Source: a bacterium (lineage in GTDB: Bacteria; Hydrothermota; UBA3073; JACQXS01; JAGMCI01). From it: a stretch of DNA of 64,000 nucleotides. The position numbers and the translations under genes are program-made. This document shows positions 35,492-44,515 of the stretch, one piece after another. The number at the start of each line of letters is the position of its first letter. Position 1 is the first letter of the stretch. Under the pieces are notes generated by a model. It was not told where the DNA came from, made no database searches, and saw nothing but the letters and a program-made list of their open reading frames with translations. The DNA lies in the NCBI GenBank assembly GCA_030018315.1, contig JASEGA010000005.1, positions 8,351-72,350 on the forward strand, written 5' to 3'.

Positions 35492-36325
35492 GTGAATCAA
35501 TTTCTCCACTATATTCGTGCAATAAATGCAGAAAATATAAAAGAGTGGAAATTAGAGCTTGTTTATCGGGCTGATTTTGTGCGTCAATTTATTGAGCCAT
35601 TTGTTTATCTCATCCCATATCTTTTATATGGAATGGCAGTAATTGGGGGTAGATTCTCATCTCATCTTAAGCAGCTTGTAGGTGTGAGTGATATGATAGC
35701 ATACACATTTATTGGCTATATTCTGATGGGATTCATTTCTACTGCCTGTTGGGGTATGGGCTTTTCTTTACGAAAAGAACAATGGTATGGGACATTAGAA
35801 TCAATATTTGCTGCACCCGTCCCTCGCTGGGTATACATATGGGGGATGGCACTTCATTCAACTATACATCAAGGTTTGATTATGTTGGTCCAACTTATTG
35901 CTATAACTATTTTCTTTAATCTCTTTGTTGAAAGTGGCGGTATAATCCCATCTCTCTTTATAGTTGTACTTATGCTACTTTCACTGTATGGGTTAGGAAT
36001 CCTAATAGCTGGATTAACTCTAACAGTTAAACAAGGTTATGTCATTGCAGAAGCTGTTTATACCCTGTTTAGTATAGCTACTCCTATTGCTTATCCGATA
36101 GCTGTTTTGCCACTGTTTTTACAAAAGGTATCATTATTGCTACCTACAACTTATGGAATTATAGGTGTACGTCATTATCTTGTAGGAGAGGGCTTAAATA
36201 TCTCTATTCCTATACTCCTGTTACGCTTATTTTTACTTATAATTCTATGGGTAGTTTTTGGGCTTTCTATCTTTATAATAACAGACAAAAGAGTGAGACA
36301 GCGGGGCACACTCGCCCATTATTGA
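35492..36325 (+). CDS. ABC-2 type transporter permease (paralogue)
   Basis: 277 aa, about 6 TM. Its C-terminal ...R.RGTL.HY ending is shared with the preceding permease. Confidence 0.7.
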   Translation: MNQFLHYIRAINAENIKEWKLELVYRADFVRQFIEPFVYLIPYLLYGMAVIGGRFSSHLKQLVGVSDMIAYTFIGYILMGFISTACWGMGFSLRKEQWYGTLESIFAAPVPRWVYIWGMALHSTIHQGLIMLVQLIAITIFFNLFVESGGIIPSLFIVVLMLLSLYGLGILIAGLTLTVKQGYVIAEAVYTLFSIATPIAYPIAVLPLFLQKVSLLLPTTYGIIGVRHYLVGEGLNISIPILLLRLFLLIILWVVFGLSIFIITDKRVRQRGTLAHY

Positions 36326-36414
36326 GGACGATAGTATCAAAATTTAGAAACTCCAATTTTTTACTTGACTTCTTAAAATTTCATAGTACGTTTTAAGCTT
36401 AAGGGGGTAATAGT

Positions 36415-36615
36415 ATGAAAAGAGTAGCTACTGCGACAGTCGCCTTTTATGTAGGCATTTTGTCTCTACTTCTAAGTGTGATAAGCGGTGCTTTTGGCGT
36501 AAGGTTAGTGGGAGTGCGTCCAATTAGTTTTGTCCATTTTGCCAATGTCTGGTTCCTTATAGCACTTATTTCCTTACTGCACGAAATCTCTAAAAAATTG
36601 GGCGAGAAGAAGTAA
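36415..36615 (+). CDS. small two-TM membrane protein
   Basis: 66 aa with two hydrophobic helices and an AGGGGG SD. Confidence 0.4.
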   Translation: MKRVATATVAFYVGILSLLLSVISGAFGVRLVGVRPISFVHFANVWFLIALISLLHEISKKLGEKK

Positions 36616-36643
36616 GAAGACAAAGTAAGTTAGTTTCAAATAA

Positions 36644-36690
36644 ACTATAGAGGTCGGGGGAGTTGAAATTTACCCCGACTCCTCTATAGT
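36644..36690 (+). promoter_or_regulatory. long imperfect inverted repeat / hairpin immediately upstream of the cupin gene SD
   Basis: actatagaggtcgggg-(loop gagttgaaattta)-ccccgactcctctatagt: 9+6 bp arms with a 2-nt bulge, no U-run, and the GGAGA SD follows directly. Confidence 0.5.
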
Positions 36691-36702
36691 TATGGAGATA
36701 GT

Positions 36703-37011
36703 ATGAAGGTAAAAATGGAGGGTGCAAAAGGGACAAGTATAAGGTGGCTCATATCTAAACCTGATGGAGCACAAAAATTTGCTATGCGGCTATTTGAGAT
36801 AAAACCCGGAGGCTATTCACCATTACATACTCATCCTTATGAGCATGAAGTATATGTCATAGAAGGGAAAGGAGTTCTTGTATACGAGGGTGAGGAATAT
36901 AAATTTGACAAAAATTGTTGTATATTTGTGCCACCTGATAAACTACATCAGTTCAAAAACACAGGCAAAACAGTGCTCAAATTTTTATGCCTCATCCTAT
37001 ATAAACTGTAG
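36703..37011 (+). CDS. cupin domain protein
   Basis: GGYSPLHTHPYEHEVYVIEGKG and the second motif PPDKLHQFKNTG. Confidence 0.7.
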   Translation: MKVKMEGAKGTSIRWLISKPDGAQKFAMRLFEIKPGGYSPLHTHPYEHEVYVIEGKGVLVYEGEEYKFDKNCCIFVPPDKLHQFKNTGKTVLKFLCLILYKL

Positions 37012-37170
37012 AGATCTCATCCAATTTTTCCATAGAGTTAGCTTTGAAAAATAAGAAATTTGCTTAATAGAACCCCCTAAAAGGCGTTTTTTTTTGAATT
37101 GAGTATAGAAAAACTATCTTGTTTATACTCAATAATCCTTCCATCAGCTTTTATTTGCTTTTGGTTTTTC

Positions 37171-37198
37171 TTGACATTCTTTTTGTTTATTATATATT
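37171..37198 (+). promoter_or_regulatory. sigma70-type promoter for arcC
   Basis: TTGACA, 16-nt spacer, TATATT. The ATG at 37205 is 6 nt after the -10 box. Confidence 0.5.
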
Positions 37199-37204
37199 TA
37201 AATT

Positions 37205-38137
37205 ATGCAAAAAGTTGCAGTTGTGGCTCTTGGGGGTAATTCTTTAATTAGAGATAAAAATCATCAGTCAGTGCAAGACCAATATGAGACTGTTAGAAGG
37301 ACTTGCGCTCATATTCCAAAATTAATTAAAAGTGGATACGAAATTGCTATTACCCATGGTAATGGGCCGCAAGTTGGCTTTTTACTTTTAAGGTCAGAGC
37401 TTTCAAAAAGTGTGCTTCCCCAAGTTCCACTTGATTCTTGTGGTGCTGATACACAGGGTGGGATTGGATATAATATACAACGTGCTCTTATCAACGAATT
37501 AAAAAAGCACAAAATAAAAAAGAAGGTTGTAACTGTGATTACCCAGGTAGTAGTTGACTCAAATGACCCTGCATTTAAAAACCCTACTAAACCAGTAGGG
37601 CCTTTTTACATAAAAGAACAAATAAAGGAAAAAAAAGAGTGGACAATTCAAGAAGATGCTGGCAGGGGCTATAGAAGGGTAGTTCCTTCTCCACTTCCCA
37701 AGAAAATTGTAGAAATTGAAGCTATTAAAAATTTAATTAATGCTGGATTTGTTGTGATATCTGCAGGAGGTGGTGGGATACCTGTAATTGAAGAAGACGG
37801 AAAGCTTAAAGGAGTGGAAGCTGTAATCGATAAAGACTATACTTCATCACTTCTTGCAAGTGAGCTAAAAGCTGCTTTTTTACTTATCTTAACAGCTATT
37901 GAAAAAGTATATATTAACTTTGGGCTCCCAAATGAGTATCCTATTGAGAATATGAATGTTAAGGAAGCCAAAAGGTACTTAAGACTTGGTCATTTTGCAG
38001 AAGGGTCAATGGCACCAAAGATACGTGCTTGTATATCATTTATAGAAAATGGAGGAAGAGAGGTTTTAATTACTACGCCAGATGCTATTGGAAAAGCATT
38101 AAATTATGAAACGGGAACAAGAATCACAGCTTATTAA
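37205..38137 (+). CDS. arcC: carbamate kinase
   Basis: Motifs VVALGGNSL, ITHGNGPQVG and GGGGIPV, with a length of 310 aa. Confidence 0.85.
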   Translation: MQKVAVVALGGNSLIRDKNHQSVQDQYETVRRTCAHIPKLIKSGYEIAITHGNGPQVGFLLLRSELSKSVLPQVPLDSCGADTQGGIGYNIQRALINELKKHKIKKKVVTVITQVVVDSNDPAFKNPTKPVGPFYIKEQIKEKKEWTIQEDAGRGYRRVVPSPLPKKIVEIEAIKNLINAGFVVISAGGGGIPVIEEDGKLKGVEAVIDKDYTSSLLASELKAAFLLILTAIEKVYINFGLPNEYPIENMNVKEAKRYLRLGHFAEGSMAPKIRACISFIENGGREVLITTPDAIGKALNYETGTRITAY

Positions 38138-38666
38138 ATCTGTATTACTACATATTTGTTGTGCTCCTTGTGCTACATGGGTTGTGAAAGAATTACGCAG
38201 AGAAGGGTATAAATCATTAATTGGGTATTTCTATAATCCTAATATTCACCCAAAAGAAGAATACAAACGTAGACTATCGGAACTTAAACAATTAGCAGCT
38301 AAAATAGAGCTTCCACTAATAATTGGGCCATATGAAATAAAGAAATGGTTTAAACAAATAAATGGATTGGAGGCAGAATCTGAGGGTGGTAAGAGGTGTG
38401 AGATTTGTTACAAAATGAGACTCAATAAGACAGGCAAGCTTGCTAAATATAAAGGATACAGTGCATTCACAACAACCCTTACAATATCACCTTATAAATC
38501 CACAAGTATAATAAATAAAATTGGACAAGAAGTGGGTGAGAGGTACGGAACAGAATTCTTATTGTATGATTTCAAGAGTAAAAATGGGTTTAGTAATTCT
38601 ATAATTCTTTCCAAGAAGTACGGACTTTACCGCCAATTATATTGTGGCTGTGCTTTTAGTTTATGA
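38106..38666 (+). CDS. queH: epoxyqueuosine reductase QueH (DUF208)
   Basis: Motifs LLHICCAPCA, YFYNPNIHP, EGGKRCEICY and LYRQLYCGC. Confidence 0.8.
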   Translation: MKREQESQLIKSVLLHICCAPCATWVVKELRREGYKSLIGYFYNPNIHPKEEYKRRLSELKQLAAKIELPLIIGPYEIKKWFKQINGLEAESEGGKRCEICYKMRLNKTGKLAKYKGYSAFTTTLTISPYKSTSIINKIGQEVGERYGTEFLLYDFKSKNGFSNSIILSKKYGLYRQLYCGCAFSL

Positions 38667-38828
38667 TGCTTTGTTGAATAAATATTTTTTGGCACCTTTG
38701 ATTTTCAATCTCTGGCTTGGTTTTAGACAACTTTGACCTTGTCATTCTGGACGAAGTGAAGAATCTCATAAATTGGTGTCAATCAAGGTGTTGCAAGTTT
38801 TGTAAAGCGAATTATTCAACAAAGCAAG
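38667..38828 (-). mobile_element. MITE-like element, copy A (fills the whole queH-recJ spacer)
   Basis: About 162 bp with 17-nt terminal inverted repeats (CT)TGCTTTGTTGAATAA ... TTATTCAACAAAGCAAG. It is about 95 percent identical (my hand alignment) to the reverse complement of copy B. It starts right after the queH TGA and ends 3 nt before the recJ ATG. Confidence 0.8.
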
Positions 38829-38831
38829 TTT

Positions 38832-40520
38832 ATGAAAAGAAACTGGATACTCCCAAAATGTGTCTCACCTGTTGTAGTTAATCAGCTCTCAAAATCACTT
38901 GGCACATCTCAAATTGTATCAGAACTCCTTGTGAGTAAGGGGTATATCTCTATAGAAGAAGCCTATAAATTCCTTAATCCTAAGATTGAAGACCTATCCG
39001 ACCCATTCTTAATGCCTCAAATGGAAATTGCAGTTAATCGTGTAATTCATGCAATTAAGTTGCAAGAGAGAGTCCTGATATATGGCGACTACGATGTAGA
39101 TGGAATAACAGCTTCTGCTCTTCTTTACCGTATTCTTAAAGATATTGGTCTTACTCCCATGATTTATATACCATACCGCCTTAAAGAAGGATACGGGCTA
39201 ACAGAGCAAGGGGTAGAGTATTGTCTAAAATCTTATGTAAACTTGATAATAACTGTTGATTGTGGAATATCTGAAGTTGAAGAAGTTGAGTTGTTACAAG
39301 GCAAGGGAATAGATGTGATAATAACGGACCACCATGAACCAAGGGATAAATTACCGAAAGCTTTGGCTATACTTAATCCCAAAATTGGTGAACATTTTAA
39401 TGAACTTTCAGGATGTGGTGTAGCTTTTAAACTTGCGCAGGGAATATATAAAAAACTGGGACTTATGGATAGAAAGCTATTAAATTACTTGGACTTAGTA
39501 GCTCTTGCTACAGTTTGTGATATAGTTCCCCTTGTAGGAGAGAATCGAATAATTGCTAAATATGGGATGAAAATGTTAGAAAGCACTGAAAATATGGGGT
39601 TACAAGTATTACTTGAACTGACCCAGCTTAAAGGCCGTCCACTTAATACATATCACTTGGGATTTATTTTGGGTCCTAGAATAAACGCCCAAGGTAGATT
39701 GGGAGAAGCCAAACCCGCAATTACATTGCTAACTACTGAAAATAGGGGAGAGGCTGTCAGAATTGCACAAAAACTTGAAAAAGAAAATCTTGAGAGGCAC
39801 CAAATACAGGAAAAAATTGTGAAAGAGGCTGAAGATGAAATAAAAAAGATAAACCTCGATGATAAAATAGCAATTGTACTTACAAAAGAATGGCATCCGG
39901 GAGTGATAGGAGTAGCAGCCTCAAAGATTGTTGAAAAATTTTATAGACCCGTAGTTCTTATAGCAATAGATGAAACTATTGGTAAAGGCTCAGCAAGATC
40001 AATACCAGAATTTCACTTGTATAATGCGCTATGTGAGTGTAAAGAATTATTGGTCTCATTTGGGGGACACAAGCTTGCTGCCGGTTTCGTTATTGAGGTA
40101 AAAAATATCAACCATTTTGAAAATAAATTCCAATCCATTGCCTCTCTTAAATTAAAATCTGAAGAATTAACACCTAAGTTCTTTATTAATAAAGAAATAT
40201 TACTTCAAGAAATAGATGAAAACTTGATATTGGAACTTGAGCAGTTTGCTCCTTTTGGACTTGGGAACCCAAGACCGGTTTTTTTAACTAAAGAAGTTCA
40301 AATAGTGGGTTATCCTAAAATTGTGGGAGAAAATCATGTAAAATTTAAAGTGCGAGGAGGAAACAATGTAGTCCTTGATGCTATTGGATTCAACCTTGCT
40401 AAGACTCCTTTATCAATGGGCACTATAGTAAACTTAATTTATGAACTTGGTGAGGAAGAGTGGCTTGGGAAATCTAACCCCATTTTATATATTAAAGATG
40501 TTGAAATTTTAGGAGGCTAA
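38832..40520 (+). CDS. recJ: single-stranded-DNA-specific exonuclease RecJ
   Basis: DHH motifs YGDYDVDGITA, TVDCG and ITDHHE, and DHHA1 FGGHKLAAG. Confidence 0.9.
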   Translation: MKRNWILPKCVSPVVVNQLSKSLGTSQIVSELLVSKGYISIEEAYKFLNPKIEDLSDPFLMPQMEIAVNRVIHAIKLQERVLIYGDYDVDGITASALLYRILKDIGLTPMIYIPYRLKEGYGLTEQGVEYCLKSYVNLIITVDCGISEVEEVELLQGKGIDVIITDHHEPRDKLPKALAILNPKIGEHFNELSGCGVAFKLAQGIYKKLGLMDRKLLNYLDLVALATVCDIVPLVGENRIIAKYGMKMLESTENMGLQVLLELTQLKGRPLNTYHLGFILGPRINAQGRLGEAKPAITLLTTENRGEAVRIAQKLEKENLERHQIQEKIVKEAEDEIKKINLDDKIAIVLTKEWHPGVIGVAASKIVEKFYRPVVLIAIDETIGKGSARSIPEFHLYNALCECKELLVSFGGHKLAAGFVIEVKNINHFENKFQSIASLKLKSEELTPKFFINKEILLQEIDENLILELEQFAPFGLGNPRPVFLTKEVQIVGYPKIVGENHVKFKVRGGNNVVLDAIGFNLAKTPLSMGTIVNLIYELGEEEWLGKSNPILYIKDVEILGG

Positions 40521-40521
40521 A

Positions 40522-41184
40522 ATGGCTAAAAGAGTTTTAAAGAAAGAATTGAAGAAAAAGGATAGATTTATAGAAAAGGGGATACAGTTTTTTGTTTGGA
40601 CTCGTAAACATAAAATACAAGTAAGTTCAATAATAGTGGGAATTTTAGTGATAGGTATAGTGTTGATGTGGTTCTATTATTCAATGCAAACAAAACAAAA
40701 GAAAGCAAACCACGAATTCTTTCAAGCACTCACAGCCTATGGAATTGGTAATATGGAAGAAGCACTAACACGATTTGAAGACATATCAAGGTTATACCCG
40801 CGAACTGAGCCTGGTATAAAATCCATTTATTGGCTTGGTAATATTTATTATTTTCAAGGTCGGTATAAAGAGGCACGTAATAAGTTTCAAGAGTATCTTA
40901 AAAGAGGCAAAGACATAATCATTCTCCCGGGTGCGTTACTTGGGGTTGGTGATACATATATGCAAGAAGGCGACTATTTTTCAGCATCTCAAAAATATGA
41001 AGAATTGGTAACACGTTACCCAAATTCTTCGCTTATTCCTAGAGCCTTATTTCAGGGACTTAGGTGCTATCAATTTCTTAATCAACCAGAACGTGTAAAG
41101 TCAATTATCCAGACCTTAACCAAAAACCACCCCAATTCACCATACACCAGAAAAGCACAGAGTCTGATAATAAATCTTATGTAA
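40522..41184 (+). CDS. membrane-anchored tetratricopeptide-repeat protein
   Basis: N-terminal TM, then TPR-like repeats (YWLGNIYYFQGRYKEA, GDTYMQEGDYFSA). Confidence 0.6.
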   Translation: MAKRVLKKELKKKDRFIEKGIQFFVWTRKHKIQVSSIIVGILVIGIVLMWFYYSMQTKQKKANHEFFQALTAYGIGNMEEALTRFEDISRLYPRTEPGIKSIYWLGNIYYFQGRYKEARNKFQEYLKRGKDIIILPGALLGVGDTYMQEGDYFSASQKYEELVTRYPNSSLIPRALFQGLRCYQFLNQPERVKSIIQTLTKNHPNSPYTRKAQSLIINLM

Positions 41185-41230
41185 ACTAAAATGAAGAATA
41201 TTGATATGCAATAATTTCTACACCACTACC

Positions 41231-43117
41231 CTATTTTCTGAGAAAAATCCATTCTAAGGATAGCAAGATAATAAGTATAATGAAAAAAATTGGATATTGT
41301 GTCGGATTCAGTTGTATTTTAGATTTAATTGGTTTAAGTTTTATATCTAAATTTTTTAAATTCTCTCCATAGCGTCCACCTGATACTTGTGATATTGTTT
41401 GCAGGAGATGCAAATTTGGGTCAAGGTTGTAAAATTCAAGATTAGAAGTCACAAAGAAAGTCCCTCTTGCTCTTCTTTTATCTTCTGGATAAGCCTGCCT
41501 TGACTCGGCGATGCATGCCTCATACTCGTACTCTCCTGGATACAAGAAATCAATAACTCCTTCATATCTACCGTTCCCAAGTGAATAAAGTGAAACGGCT
41601 TTTTGTAAAATTTTAGGTTTCGCACTCCACACTTTAACAATAATTTCACATTTTGTGTCCGGTTCGTAATCTTTAGTATAAGCTTGAGCCTTTAATATTA
41701 TCCTCTCCCCCACTGGATAAGCTGGCTCTGTCTCTACCCATAGTGTAGGCAGTTCTATGGGTTTGGTGACAAGTCTTACAATTTTATCCCAGAACTTAAC
41801 TCCTGGATAAAAATTCCATCTCCATAGGTCTTTAGCTGCTATTCCAACCACTATCCCTTTGTTATACTTCATCTCAGCAATTATTGGTGTAGCTTGTGTT
41901 CTGCATAAAACCTTACTCCCCCCTTTAATTCCTAAAACTGAGTAAACCTCTTTTAATGGTGGTAATTCTTCTGCTCCAAAAATATCAAAACCAGCTTCAA
42001 CTTTTACAGGATATCTCGTCTTCAATTGTATTGGATGCCCAATAATGAATGGTGATACACTTTTGCAAGCAGCGCCTAAAATAATAACCCCCATTCCATT
42101 GGATACAAGTTTCTCTATATTAGGGTATTCAAACTCATCTAAAACAACCACATCATAAGCTGTTTTAAAATCTGGCGCTCCAACAACCCCATTTTTAGAT
42201 AACCATTTCTCTTCGTCAAGTTTTACCCAGTAGTTGAATTCAATATTTTGGTTCTCTTTAAGTTCAAGTTTTGCAAACTTAAAATTCCAACTCGGCATCA
42301 AAGCAAACCAGCCTACTTTTATTCTTGACTTCAATATACGGATACCAAACTCTCTTTTATTGTTCTCATAGGATAACTCCTCAGGGAGCTCAGAAATGCC
42401 AACTTCATACAAGTGCGTCCCTGGGACATCGGGAATTACTGAGAACTCTACCTCTTTTTGCAATCCATTTTTTGGTAATAATATTTCCTTTTTCTGTAAG
42501 ATACGACCTCTTTCTTTAAGTATTGCTTGAACTTTTTGCTCTTCATACCCCTTCTTTTCAAATTTTGCTTTGATTACCACACTATCTTTGGTATAAGCTA
42601 TTTTGTTACAAGCTATCTCTGTGATAAATATATCTTTATGGATAGAATCAAGTTTAATAGTATATATAGGTATATTTTTATATCGTGCAACCTCTACTGG
42701 GTCAGGACCTGAGTTATTGATTCCATCGGTTAAAAGCAGGTATGCGGCTGGATTAGGAGTCTCAAGTATGGCATTTCCTATGTTAGTTTCTTCCCCTTTG
42801 ATAGTTATAGAATCTCTCATCAGGTATGGATGAGAATCAAATCCATATATTTTATTTCTAATCTTGAGTTCAGCTATTACTCTCTTTGCACTTTCAAGCC
42901 TCCCCCCTACTTCCATTGATTTTGATGTATCCACAAGTACAAGAAGCCACGGTCTACTCCACAGTACGAGTTCACAAATTGGCTCAAATATGAAGCCAAG
43001 CACAAGAAGGAAAGATACAATTCTAATAATTTTAGGTATCTTTCTCTCCTTTTTAAATAATAGAGTTAAGAAAATTAGGGCTAATAAAGCTAAAATAAAG
43101 AGAAAAAAGGTTGTCAT
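41231..43117 (-). CDS. vWA-domain membrane protein (N-terminal double-TM, BatA-like architecture)
   Basis: Two N-terminal TM helices, MIDAS-like LVLVDTSKSM and LLLTDGINNSG, a long beta-rich region and a C-terminal TM. Confidence 0.55.
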   Translation of the reverse strand: MTTFFLFILALLALIFLTLLFKKERKIPKIIRIVSFLLVLGFIFEPICELVLWSRPWLLVLVDTSKSMEVGGRLESAKRVIAELKIRNKIYGFDSHPYLMRDSITIKGEETNIGNAILETPNPAAYLLLTDGINNSGPDPVEVARYKNIPIYTIKLDSIHKDIFITEIACNKIAYTKDSVVIKAKFEKKGYEEQKVQAILKERGRILQKKEILLPKNGLQKEVEFSVIPDVPGTHLYEVGISELPEELSYENNKREFGIRILKSRIKVGWFALMPSWNFKFAKLELKENQNIEFNYWVKLDEEKWLSKNGVVGAPDFKTAYDVVVLDEFEYPNIEKLVSNGMGVIILGAACKSVSPFIIGHPIQLKTRYPVKVEAGFDIFGAEELPPLKEVYSVLGIKGGSKVLCRTQATPIIAEMKYNKGIVVGIAAKDLWRWNFYPGVKFWDKIVRLVTKPIELPTLWVETEPAYPVGERIILKAQAYTKDYEPDTKCEIIVKVWSAKPKILQKAVSLYSLGNGRYEGVIDFLYPGEYEYEACIAESRQAYPEDKRRARGTFFVTSNLEFYNLDPNLHLLQTISQVSGGRYGENLKNLDIKLKPIKSKIQLNPTQYPIFFIILIILLSLEWIFLRK

Positions 43118-43137
43118 TTTGCAAACACCTTTAAATT

Positions 43138-43173
43138 AGATTGCTTCGTCGCTTTGCTCCTCGCAATGATAAG
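43138..43173 (+). repeat. variant of the GATT-hairpin-TGA(C/T)A motif
   Basis: agattgcttcgtcgctttgctcctcgcaatgataag, with the 5-bp inverted pair ATTGC/GCAAT. Confidence 0.5.
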
Positions 43174-43450
43174 AAAAGACTCCTCACAACAATGGCAACC
43201 CTTATTTTAGAAAAACTTACCTATACTTATTTTAACTATATCCTAAATATAGAGATTTGTAAATAAAAAATTTAAACGCAAGAGAAAAATGTAATTACGC
43301 ACAAAAACCCTCTATTTTTGATTTTTTTGACCTTACCTTACGTTTTTTTCCTATACTCCCCACTATTTCATGGCAAAAACTTAACAGTTAGCTGTAATTT
43401 AGTAAAGAAAGTAATAAAACGTAGCATTTTAGCTTAAAAGTGATAAAAAA

Positions 43451-43613
43451 CTTGCTTTGTTGAATAATTCGCTTTACAAAACTTGCAACACCTTGATTGA
43501 CACCGATTTATGAGATTCTTCACTTCGTTCAGAATGACAAGGTCAAAATTGTCTAAAACCAAATCAGAGGTTGAAAATCAAAGGTGCCAAAAATATTTAT
43601 TCAACAAAGCAAG
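43451..43613 (+). mobile_element. MITE-like element, copy B
   Basis: 163 bp, CTTGCTTTGTTGAATAA ... TTATTCAACAAAGCAAG, in inverted orientation relative to copy A. It contains the gagattcttcacttcgttcagaatgacaagg module. Confidence 0.8.
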
Positions 43614-43657
43614 GTTTTTTTATTTTGCAAAATTAAAAATGTTATTTCTTTAATCTT

Positions 43658-43795
43658 ATGCAGTCCTACTTTGTGGCTTTACGCATTATTTGGGATTATC
43701 AATGCCCTTAGAACTGACCGGATACTATGCGTGGTACCCGTATGGTGGAAATAAAAGTGCATAGGAAAAGAACATGAGTAGGGAGTGCATTTTTT
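43658..43795 (+). ncRNA. candidate small structured RNA (family not recognised)
   Basis: A possible promoter is TTGCAA(43626)-17/18 nt-TTTAAT. The ends can pair (atgca..cctact 43658-43670 with agtagg..tgcat 43777-43790). An internal helix acgcat/atgcgt is possible, and the T5 run at 43791-43795 follows. There is no coding potential. Confidence 0.25.
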
Positions 43796-43797
43796 AC

Positions 43798-43826
43798 TTG
43801 CAAATTGAATAGACTTGGAATATTAT
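43798..43826 (+). promoter_or_regulatory. sigma70-type promoter for the rhomboid gene
   Basis: TTGCAA, 17-nt spacer, TATTAT. The ATG at 43835 is 8 nt after the -10 box. Confidence 0.55.
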
Positions 43827-43834
43827 TTATAATA

Positions 43835-44512
43835 ATGATTCCATTAAAGGACGATAATCAATTAAATAGATTCCCAATCTTTACAATCTTAATCATTGCA
43901 GTTAATGTATTCTTATTTGGATATGAGGTATGGCTTGGTAAGGGGATAGAGGCTTTTGTAACAAAGTTTGGCTGTATTCCTTACGAGATTACACATGGAG
44001 TTGATTTATTTCCTTACCTTGATTTTCCTGTATATTTTACTTTAATCACTTCAATATTCCTTCATGGCTCATGGTTTCACCTTCTTGGGAACATGTGGTT
44101 TTTATTCATATTTGGTGACAATGTTGAAGACTGGCTTGGTCGTGGTAGGTTTATTTTGTTTTACTTAGGATGTGGAGTTGCAGCCAGTCTCGTTCAAATA
44201 TTGTTTCACCCAATGTCTAAGGTACCAACAATTGGTGCATCAGGCGCTATTGCAGGAATTATGGGAGCATATCTTATTCTTTACCCAAGAACCAGAGTGC
44301 TTTGTCTTATTCCATTTTTTATATTTTTTAGGATTGTTAGGCTACCTGCATTTTTATTCCTTGGAATATGGATAATGTGGCAGCTATTTTCAAGTATGGC
44401 CACTTTCCCTGTAGGCACAAACATTGCATTCTTTGCCCATATAGGTGGCTTTTTTGTTGGCCTTTTTTTTGTTAGGTGGTTGAGAAACCGTAAATTAATA
44501 GGATGGAGGTAA
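43835..44512 (+). CDS. rhomboid family intramembrane serine protease
   Basis: Motifs HGSWFHLLGNMWFLFIFG, GASGAIAGIMGAY (catalytic Ser) and AHIGGF (His). I prefer the ATG at 43835 over the TTG at 43805 in the track. Confidence 0.85.
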   Translation: MIPLKDDNQLNRFPIFTILIIAVNVFLFGYEVWLGKGIEAFVTKFGCIPYEITHGVDLFPYLDFPVYFTLITSIFLHGSWFHLLGNMWFLFIFGDNVEDWLGRGRFILFYLGCGVAASLVQILFHPMSKVPTIGASGAIAGIMGAYLILYPRTRVLCLIPFFIFFRIVRLPAFLFLGIWIMWQLFSSMATFPVGTNIAFFAHIGGFFVGLFFVRWLRNRKLIGWR

Positions 44513-44515
44513 TTT

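Noticed and set aside
43118-43450. Hidden gene or RNA in the AT-rich 330-bp stretch after the vWA gene
   Set aside because: I found no ORF of meaningful length in any frame and no obvious secondary structure apart from the 43138-43173 motif. I leave it as unannotated spacer.
38667-43613. The two MITE copies plus the intervening genes as a composite transposon carrying cargo
   Set aside because: The cargo is housekeeping (recJ, a TPR protein, a vWA membrane protein). No transposase lies between the copies and no target duplications are evident. Independent insertions into spacers are more parsimonious, although inversion between the copies remains possible.
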